Assembly: GCF_009914755.1 (NCBI RefSeq)
Contig: NC_060934.1
From: the human T2T-CHM13v2.0 reference genome, Homo sapiens
Length of the DNA stretch: 64,000 bases
Direction: 5' to 3' (one strand)
Position numbers and translations under genes: made by a program. A model generated the notes under the pieces. The model was not told where the DNA came from and did no database searches. It saw only the letters and a program-made list of their open reading frames with translations. Positions 54,251-64,000 of the stretch are shown here, piece by piece (the stretch's first letter is position 1; every line of letters begins with the position of its first letter).

Positions 54251-56329
54251 GGAGCTGAAACAGAGCCTCTTGAGACACCATCTCACTCTGAGTGAGACAT
54301 GGACTCACTCTGAAGGACTCAGAGTACAGCACTGAGATCTTACCCATAGTAGGGGCTCTCCCCCACCTTACCTTTCCCCACCAGTGTCTGCATGGCCAGA
54401 CTAGACCCTATGCTCCCTGTCTTCATCGTCCTCTGTTCTCCTAGTTCTTGTTCTTCCCTGAGGTCTACTACAATGTCCCCGACAGTTACTCACTCTGCTG
54501 AAAGAGATACATTTCCACGAGAAGACAGCAACTTGCTTTGGACAGTCGAATTTGATCAGCACTTGAAGGAAAGAAGCCTTTGAAGATGAACTCACATGAA
54601 GCTATTTTCACTAATTTGAGGCCTCCAAGTGACAATAATGAATAAAATGGCGGCACCATTTAAGTTGGTAACATAAATTTGAAGCATATGAATATTATGC
54701 ATCCTTGATAGAAAAGAAAGCTGTCTTCATATTTGAAAAGTTTATCTTTGACCAAGAAGGCAGCTCCAGTAGAAGCATGACACAGGAGAAGGAAACTAAA
54801 TTAGCTCTTGTAACTAATAGGTGACAGATGTCACAGATAGATCACACTGACATCTGAGTAGAATTTCTTCTCTTAAAATCAAACAGGATCAGTGGTAATA
54901 TAAATCTTGGCCTGTTGCCTGCGTTTTCCTGTGGGGGTTGCAGAAAAGCTTAAGTTAAAAGGAAAATACAGAAATCTTAGGTTTTCTTTGTGCTGATGAT
55001 TTTCCCTTCAGTACTGTGGTACTCTGATGTCTGCCTTTCTAGGTTATCAGGGTACATGTCTATGAAGAGACCACATCCCCTTTCTCGACCGTATCTCCCT
55101 CTTGGAGGCTCTTTTACAGGAAACACTGGACTAGAGCCCAGGCTGCTGGTTGCTGCTGGCTCTGATGCTTCTTTCTGACATGAGAAATAGGCAGAGGGAC
55201 AGGTCAGAAGGATAACTCATCCAGCTCAAAATTAATTCCTATAGAACAGACAGCAAACCTATGCCCACTGCTGACTCCAGGGTGAAGACGTGAGCATCTA
55301 GAGGCTGCTTGTCTTCCCACAGTGGGAGATTTTCTTTCTCTGTGCTTTTTACAATTCATTATGTAGGTACAGAAACTACTGTTACACCATTTTAAAAATG
55401 AAATGGAAGCAAAGATGATTATGTGTCTGGCCAGAGGCCAGAAAACACATACAAGACGCAACTAAACCCAGGCCCCAAATATTCTGACAACCAGCCTGGT
55501 TTCTTGCTGTTGGTGTAAGCCACCACTCTCGCAAGCCCTCATTCTTGCTCAGAAGTCATATTATTCTATACAAAAAGGAGTTACATTTTAAAAATTCTAA
55601 GCATGCAGTTTGTTCTTCTGCCACTGAGCTGATCCATTTATCTAATCTGCACACACAGAGTCCTGACCTCATTGTGTTTTGCTAGAATCACAGTCTGAGG
55701 CTTTGTGGTCGATATTATGCAACGCCACTCTGCCAGTTTGTGCTCTGCCAATTTTTTTGAGCAAGCTTAATTATGCAAATGCATCTGATAATAGATCATT
55801 CATTTTAGTCATGCACAATTATTTATTTTTTATGCATAGCTCCAATGACTTGGACAGAGCTTAGTAACAGCTCATCTCATATCTATCGAGGAGATGTAAG
55901 AGAGAACATATTGTGATGCAGGTCAACTGCTCTGGTGAGCATCAAGCTGCTTCAGGGAAAGTTATATTTGAGGCAAAGCCAACTATTTCTAAGGAAAATG
56001 CCAGCTGTTGCTGCCAATCTATTCTCAGAATGAAAGTCCATTTCATGGGGGGCTGGAGGAGCAATGACAGTTAAAGGCAGATATAATGTTACTTAAAATT
56101 ATGGTTTGGAGGTGGATGGAACTTCCACTGTTTAGTTACTTCCACTGACTCCTAAACTATAACATTTTGTCATTTGTGCCCCTTCTAACTTTAGAGATAA
56201 TAAAAACGGGCCTGGAAGGAAATGCAGTAGATACAAGTGGAAAGAGATATCCTTCTCAGAAGAAAGTAGGTGATGCAAATGCTATTAAACAGAAACAGAC
56301 TGGCTTTCTTTAACTTATTCCATTTTTCC

Positions 56330-56700
56330 ATATGTGCCATGATCTTATTGCCTCTGGGCCTTTGCGTACTCTAACTGCACTTCACTTTGGACTCCTCCTA
56401 GAGTTATCAGTTTAAATATTATTTCTCCCACGAAGACTTTCCTGATCACTTCCCCTCTAACCTCACCCCTAGAATAGGTCAGGTATCCCTATTACCTCCT
56501 CTCGTAGAATCAGGTACATCATTTATCATACCTCTTATTTCACTTTGTGGGACTACATAATTCATTATTTCCTATTTATGAAGGTGGAGACCATGTCTAT
56601 TTTGTTGATTGATGCTCAGCTAACACTTAACTGAATCCATGGAATGGTAATATTTAATAAATATTTGCTAAACAAAAGAATAATTAAATGAATAAATAAA
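56330..56700 (+). mobile_element. L2 3'-end remnant
   Basis: GCCTCTGGGCCTTTGC...GAAGACTTTCCTGATCAC...GAGACCATGTCTATTTTGTT...AATAAATATTTGCTAAA. Confidence 0.6.
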
Positions 56701-58349
56701 GGGTTGGAAATTGTGATGGGGGCTCAGGCTTTGGTTTCTTCCTTAATGTCCCATTGAAAGCCTAAAGGACTCATCTAACATGTCAGCAATATCTATTTCT
56801 CTCTAACTGTGGAACACAATACAATATCATTTCTAGTGTACAGTGTTAATTTGAATGATGATTTTGTGAGAATGGTGGCCAATGTTGGCAATAGTACTTG
56901 TCTGCCCAGTAAACTTTGCCTTAATCTTTCCCCTGCTTTTCTTAAACTGTTCCTTCTCTCCTCTACTAGCTCATAGCCACTAGAGAGATGAGAAGAGGAT
57001 GTAGGCCTGGCCAATAATGACTCTTCCCCAGGATCAATTTTAGAAGACAGTACTCTCTTTTCTTATGAGGTTGCCGAGCTGGAGGATTTGGATCTGGGGC
57101 CACTGACGGCCATCTGCAAGAGTCTGTGGATAAAGCCAATCAGATCAAGTAGAAAGTCAGAGTCTAAGGTCCTGATTCTTATACCTCTTTCTTTGTTGTC
57201 ATGGTCTTTTTTAGTATGCATTCCAAAGCTGATCTCCTAGCCCAGCTAAACTGAGCATCAACATTCTTTTCAAATATCAGCCGTTTGCCTATTACCTTTA
57301 TTCCTTTTTGCCATACCTATATGTGGCACGTTTTAAATGTATTATTATTATTTATTATTTTCTTTAAACTAACTCACTTTTTAACCCAAATATATTTACT
57401 TTAAAAGAAAAGAAATATTTTTTCCTAATGTCAATGTGAGTTTAATTTCTATTTGTTGCAACCGAATAAGATCTGGTTAATGCAGTAATTAAAGTGCATT
57501 TATCTTCAGGGAGATAGGGAGAATCAGCTGAAGTCAGGGGGAAATGCAGTCACATTCTTAGATTCCATGTTTAAGTGGCGTTCTGAATTTTAAACCTTGA
57601 AGAGTCCTGATAAATATAGACATTGACACCTGAGGCCAGATTTAAGGGTCATGTTTTGATAAAGTTTCTGATGTTGGTGACTAAGTAGTGGAGGGTACAA
57701 GAATTGAACAGATCAGCACCCAACTCAGATTTTAAGGAAATTATATTGACAAAGACACCCCAAGCCTGGCAAAGGATGTCCTATAATTACTCAACTCCTT
57801 AAGGCCCTTACCACAGCTATACTTGTACCAACAAAAAGTAGATAAAGCACTGTAACACAGAGAAGTCATATTCTGAGGCATATCCAAGAAGGCCAATGGT
57901 TGTGGTCAGGTAGCCAGGGAGGGGCAGAGAAGCTCATCATGGGCTTGCACTATGACCAGAGAGGTAAGTCCTTGATATTCTGGCTCAACAATATGCTGTA
58001 TACACTGTGGACCAGAGGTGACTGGCATTGCTTCTTTTTTTCTGTGCTTTCCAAATGGTAGTTTTAATTGCAGACATTGTATATTTCTCTATAATTTTAT
58101 ACTGGTCATGTAGGGCTACTTAAATTTATTATATGACAAAACTATGAGAAGAAAGGCTTGGGATTAGATACAGCAAATGATGTGCTTTGTGTTGTCTCTT
58201 TGGAAAAGGTGGATGTGTTTTCTGTTGTAGATGGGATACTGGCATTTTGGTAGGTGGGCATTTTGTAATTCAGTATCAGGAGAGAAGGGTGCCTTGAGTG
58301 TGCTGGGAAGTCAAGGAGTGGAATGTAGTAAACTATGGTAGATATTGTG

Positions 58350-58770
58350 TTGTCCACAGGGTTTATCCATCCTCTTCCATAGCAACATGCTCCTTCCTGT
58401 CATTTCCCCATCTCCTCCCACCACCACCATCCCAGCCATAGGGATGACCTTGTAACTCATGCCTGACCAAAATTGTTTCCTTGGATTGAGAAAACTTTGG
58501 AAAAAAAGACACTCTGTTTTCTACTGGGTTTGCCTTAATGGGAGGATGTGAATCTGAGAATGTTGAGACTAAAGGGGATGAGAAGTAGAAAGGAAGGTTG
58601 TGTTTTCTTGGTTTGATTTCCCCATCTCTGAGGCCCCAAGGCCCTGGACCCTGCAGTTACTCATTTGATCATGAGGCTACCTTAGTGTCCTATCCACCTT
58701 CTTGGGTCAATAAAATCTGTTTTCTTAGTGTTATTTGATATGGATTTTTATTATTTGGAACTAAAAGAGT
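58350..58770 (+). mobile_element. Probable old ERVL-type LTR remnant (LTR16/33-like)
   Basis: Ends TCAATAAAATC...TTGGAACTAAAAGAGT. Family assignment is from memory only. Confidence 0.3.
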
Positions 58771-58859
58771 TGTGAGCTTCTCTCCTTGGAGAGTCTTTCT
58801 TTGGCTCACTGTAGCTAATTTAGGATCCTTTCTGCCATGTTCTATATTTTATAGCTCTA

Positions 58860-59065
58860 TTGCTCTCTAAAATTACCTTTCTTTGTCTAATTTTCTGTGT
58901 TTATTGCTCATTTCCTTCCTCCTCACCCTGCTGGCTGCTAAAATGCAAGCTCCATGATGTCAGAGATTTTGTCTGTTTCATTTATTAATTAATTTATCCA
59001 AGGCCTAGAACAGAACTGGGTATAGACCAGGTGTGTCTTAATAAATACTTACTAATTGAATCACT
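58860..59065 (+). mobile_element. L2 3'-end remnant
   Basis: ATGCAAGCTCCATGATGTCAGAGATTTTGTCTGTTT...CCTAGAACAGAACTGGGTATAG...AATAAATACTTAC. Confidence 0.7.
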
Positions 59066-60819
59066 CGCTATCACAGGTATAGAGAGATAAGGAGTGACAA
59101 AGAGGAGGGAATCTGCAGAAGGAGATATTCATCTGTTTATCCTGGTTCTCCTAGTTTTCATATTACTTCACTAACTGATATTACATGTTTCCCCCTTTTT
59201 TCTCCTTCAGTTGCTTTTCTCAATCCTTTTTCTAAAGTAACCTCACTACTTGATCTACAATACTACTTTCCATTACCCATCTCTGCCCCTTTGCTGTTTT
59301 TCTGTTTAAAACCACCAACCTCAGTTCACGTCCACCTTCCATAAATACTTATTCACTGGGTGATTTAATTAGTAAAAACACTGCATTTCCTTTTGCTTCT
59401 TCATCCAAGGAACCAAACTCATCACAGGGCCTGAACTCTTTATGACCAGCCTGAATAGTTTTCTTGAGCTTCCTGTGGGTAGAAGGTGATTAAGAGATCT
59501 ATTTTCTTAAAGGTATATAGTATTTTATTGTCCTTAAAGCATTTTTGATAAATTAGCTAATCTCAGTTGATTTAGATAGCATCACTTATGAGGTAGGCTG
59601 GGATAGGAATTGGTATCAAAAATTCAGAAATGAGAAAACCAAGATACAGAAAAGCTGATGATTTTTCTAAAGCCACAGAGGTAGTGAAGGTTAAGTCTGT
59701 ACTTTAGTGTTTTGCTTCTTTGTAACATGCAGTTCTGTAGAGAAGACTGTCTATTGGTATGAGAAAAAAATCATAGAGCTTTGGTGAGCTCCATGATGTC
59801 AAGGCCACAAACTCAGTTATGACCATATTTTCCCAGATTTCCCAAACAAAGTAGGAAATCAAATCTCTCTTACTAGTCAAATTTTGATATTAAGAAACTG
59901 AAAGCTGTCATTTGGATTTTCTTATGGTACTATCTATCAAATATCAGACATAAGGTATGGAAAGATATCTTTTTTTAACAATTTGCATTTTACCAGTTTT
60001 AAGAAAAATCCAATATATCATAGGCCCAATGACATTTTGAGAGTTTCAAGTCTGTAATGGCTGTCACGATATGAATCATTCAAGCAGAGTCCACAGTCCT
60101 GAACAAAGTAGACAGCTTGAAGAGAGACAAACACATTTTCCCTCTACTTGGAGCCATTGTTTGAATGAAATAAATCCACTAAAGCCATGGATACTATGAA
60201 GAAGGCTGAGACTTCTACTGTGACCATGGCAGAAGCACATTCTTGAGGAAAGGCCACCAAGCCAAAAGCAGGGACTTTTCTTCTCTACTACAGATAAGAA
60301 ATGTGACCCAGACAGATGTTTTCAGTTCTCCTTGCTTCAGTTTCTTTATTTCTTAAAATGCAAGAATTAGACTACACAAGCTTAGAGAGACTTCTGGTTC
60401 TAACACTTGTTGATTTGGAGTCACTTGACTCCAGTGCTGGAGTTATTACTGATTATAGGTATTTTCTTACTTATTAAGAGAAACAATGACACGAAGTAAG
60501 AAGACCACAGAACATGGTGATGCAGGTGCTGAAAGGTTGCTCCCAGCTCAACTACCATTGTGGCCAAGAGAGTAGAAGACAGAGTTATTGCTTGGGTGGC
60601 AAATACTTTAATTTGCATGAAGATGTTTGTATAACTTGGAGTGAGTCACTAGGTTCTTACCTATCTGGTGTCTAATTAGAACATCTTTTTTTTTTTTTTT
60701 TCATGGCAAAGGAAAGTACAGTAGCCAGTACTTCAGTTGCACTTTTACATACTTCCTTGTCACCATTCCTGGATTCCTATTCTGCCTCCTAACCCCCGGA
60801 GGGAAGGAGAAATGGGGAT

Positions 60820-61181
60820 TGATAGGACTTAGATTTGGTCCCTGCCCAAACCTCATGTTGAATTTGTGGAGGGCCCTGGTGGGAAGTGATTGGATCATGA
60901 TGGTGGATTTCCCCCTTGCTGTTCTTGTGATAGTGAATGATTTCTCAACATATCTGATGGTTTAAAAGCATGTGGCAATTGCCCCCCTCACTCTCTCTCC
61001 TCCTCCGCTATGGTAAGATGTGGTCCCCCTTTGTCTTCGGCCATGATTGTAAGTTTCCTGAAGCCTCTCAGTCATGCTTCCTGTTAAGCCTGTGTAACTG
61101 TGAGTCAATTAAACCTCTTTTCTTCATAAATTACTCTGTCTTCAGTAGTCACTTATAGCCATGTGAGAAGGAACTAATACA
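60820..61181 (+). mobile_element. MST (MSTA/B-like) MaLR solo LTR
   Basis: TGATAGG...GGATTTCCCCCTTGCTGTTCTTGTGATAGTGA...GAGTCAATTAAACCTCTTTTC...GAACTAATACA. TSD GGGAT/GTGAT. Confidence 0.85.
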
Positions 61182-61878
61182 GTGATGTTAGAGAGAATAA
61201 AATGGTTTCATCTGTGGCAGGGATGTGATAGGGCAACCACTGGTCTGAAGGATGGAGTTGATCTCTAACTGCTGCAGGATTGGATAGTAGCAAAGCATTT
61301 TCCTTTACATCCAAGCACTCATGACTTGTCCTTCCAGATATGACTGAAGAGAAGTTTTGCTCAGGCCAAAGTAGCTCCTTGATGGAGGCTTTGTTTATTG
61401 ATAAATTTTCCTTAGGTTCAAATTTTTTCTGGGGAATAAGTTGGAGAGGTTTGAGAGGTATGCAGAGGGAAGGAGTCCCATGGTTTCAAATTCCCACTTT
61501 TTCAATCAGTAATGTTCAAGTGCTCCAAAAATTTAAATTATTGTATCTAGTGCATACTCTTATATACTAATTACCTAATTAAACCCATTGAATTCAAATA
61601 ATCACACAATTGAAGCCATTGATTCAAAACAACTTGTTTACAATTGCTGAACCTACTGGTGTCCTCCTGAAACCATCTTCTGGGAAGTATCACAGGGTTG
61701 CCTGTCTTCACAGGGGTTTTTCTGGGACTTCCCATGACAGGCAGTTTCAGGGATTCTTCGGGTGCTTTCAGTGGCCCTTGGACTGGATATAGCAAAGGTT
61801 GATAGAATTATGGCTTGTGTGTGAGTGGAGGGGCAGTGTAGGAATCAGAGTGAGAATGGTGGGTTCTAGTGCTATATA

Positions 61879-62613
61879 TTTTTTTAATTGTGGTAAAATA
61901 TACACAACATAAAATTTATCATTTTAACTATTTTAAGGGCACAATTCGATGGCATTAAATACATTCACAAAATTCTGAAACTATCACCCATGTCAATTTC
62001 CCGAAAGATTTCATCATTTCAGAGACTCTATCCATTAAACAATAACTCTCCACTCCCCTCTCCCCTTAGCCCCTGTTATCCTATAGTCTACTTTCTGTCT
62101 CTACAAATTTGCCTATTCTAGATACCTTATATAAGTGGAATCACACAATATTTGTCCTTTTGTGTCTGGCTTATTTCACTTAGCATAACATTTTCAAGGT
62201 TCATCCACAATGTAGCATGCATCAGAATTTCATTCCATTTCATGACTGAATAATATGCCATTTTATGTATATGCTACATTTTGCTTGTCCATTTATCTCT
62301 TGATAGATATTTGGGTCATTTACGTTTGGCTATTGTCCATAATGTTGCTATGCACATTAGTGTGCAAGTGTCTGTCAAAGTCCGTGCTGTTTATTCTTTC
62401 AGATATATACCTAGGAAGGGAATTAGTTGGTCATATGGTAATTCTATGTTAAGCTTTTTGAGTTACCACCAAACTGTTTTTCACAAAGCTTGCACCATTT
62501 TACACTCCCATTACAAGGGTTCCAATTTCTCCATGTCCTCACTAATTCTTGTTATTTTCTGCTTTTTTTTAATAATAGCCATCGTAATGGTATGAAGTGG
62601 TATCTCATTGTAG
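61879..62613 (-). mobile_element. Old L1 (L1MB/MC-type) 3' end
   Basis: TTTTTAATTGTGGTAAAATATACACAACATAAAATTT...GTCTGGCTTATTTCACTTAGCATAAC...GGTATCTCATTG. Possible TSD TAGTGCTATA / TAGTGCCATA. Confidence 0.85.
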
Positions 62614-64000
62614 TAGTGCCATAATTTTGATAGAGTAAGAGAAGCAAGGCATAGAAAATAATACGTATGCTTAGAAATATCATGATTGACTATATCCCAG
62701 AAGATATAATGTCTGCTTCCCAGTCCTGAGGTCCAAATAGAGCAAGTTACTTCAACTCAACTGACTGTTCTCCTCTAGTATGTGTGATTGTGAAGCTCCT
62801 ATTAAAGAAATCACCCAGGAGACACTGTCTACATATGCATAAGTCATTCAGAACACATGGTGAACCATGGGCCATGTTCCTTGCAGACTGATTTGCCTTC
62901 AGCAAATTACAGGTTTGGCACAATTCAGTAAGGCCCAGCATGTAATAGACTCCATTTTTGGAAAAGATAAGCATTACAACCCTTAACTAAGCCTTTTTAT
63001 TTAAAATACATTCTATTTAAAATATAGGCCAATTTATTATTTATTTTTTATCAATTATAAGTTCAAGTTTCTCAAGCTAATATTTTATATAAGGAGTAGG
63101 TAGAGTTTGCCCATTGCTATTATACATGACATATATTTATTTTGTGCAGAAATGAGATGTATTGAGATATATTTATTTTGTGCAGAAATCTATCGGGAAT
63201 AATATATAATATTGTTATTTTTATTGATCTTCCATTAGCTTTTGGTTTGTGCACAAAAAGTTGGTTAAATAAATTCAAAATACCTTTGTCTCCTTCTTGC
63301 CCAACACTCAGCTACTGATGTTTGTATAGCATCTGAAACATAATATTCCATGAGTCACAGAGAGTAGGTGCCCCTTAATCAAATAGGCAAGCTTTTCCAG
63401 TGAGATAAAGCATGACTATGTCCTAACTTTCCTTCATTTTAATTAGTTTCTTATCATCTGATAACACATTGAGATGTATTATGTTTTTAACATTATTATC
63501 TAGGAGAGATCTTACTAGGCAACTTGACATGTTATCTAATTATTACAGAAGAGAAAGACTACGGATTGAGTATACCAAAATGAAAAATAACTTTGTAGAA
63601 AGCAACTAATTTGTACTTAATTCTTATTCAGTAATTTCACACCTTGATCAGTGGTCTTGGCACATGTTTTTCATGAAGGTAATGGGAAATAATGTACCTC
63701 AAAATTAGTCATTCTCTGAATGATATTTTAAATGGTGGAGAAGTCATGTGGATTCACTTGGCTGTGAAATATTCCATGTTAAAGCAATTTTGGCCAGGCT
63801 ACTTAGATCTTTCTGGAATATTGATTGCCTTTTATTTTGTTGGGGTCAGGTGGGGGGAAGCAGATATAAAGATGAATAAAAAACTCAGCTTTGTTCCCAT
63901 GAATGGCTTGAATCCCTTTTTAGAATGTAGGTGAGATATACATCCATGTTAGTCTTCTCAAATTTCACAAAAAGATGTCAACTGATCCTCCAGCTCAGCT

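Noticed and set aside
57961-57969. Consensus splice donor GAG|GTAAGT
   Set aside because: Isolated 9-mer with no convincing acceptor or coding frame. A lncRNA exon cannot be supported without transcript data.

Overview
Primate (most likely human) nuclear DNA dominated by transposable elements. I find no supportable cellular protein-coding gene, RNA gene or CRISPR array. Main content: (1) an old L1MA-type LINE (1-6590, minus) carrying three Alus; (2) a two-LTR MER4A1/MER4-int provirus (9296-22267, TSD GCTG) containing an antisense ~5.8-kb HERV-H/LTR7 provirus (10522-16299, TSD ATGAC, perfect tRNA-His PBS) and an Alu; (3) a second L1MA (30797-38620, plus) containing a THE1 provirus whose 3' LTR is split by a HERV-E LTR2; (4) a full-length L1PA (42630-50035, minus, 14-bp TSD) with an ERV9 LTR12 inserted co-oriented about 150 nt into its 5'UTR, itself lying inside an MLT2 LTR; (5) solo MaLR/ERVL LTRs, L2/MIR remnants and a few unique stretches with enhancer-like motif clusters. 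All TE reading frames are broken. I cannot support a genuinely new biological system. The best leads are regulatory chimeras (LTR7 with four octamers just upstream in MER4-int; LTR12 positioned to replace an L1 promoter) and a perfect 27-bp fold-back duplication. Subfamily names come from recalled consensus sequences and need RepeatMasker/Dfam confirmation.
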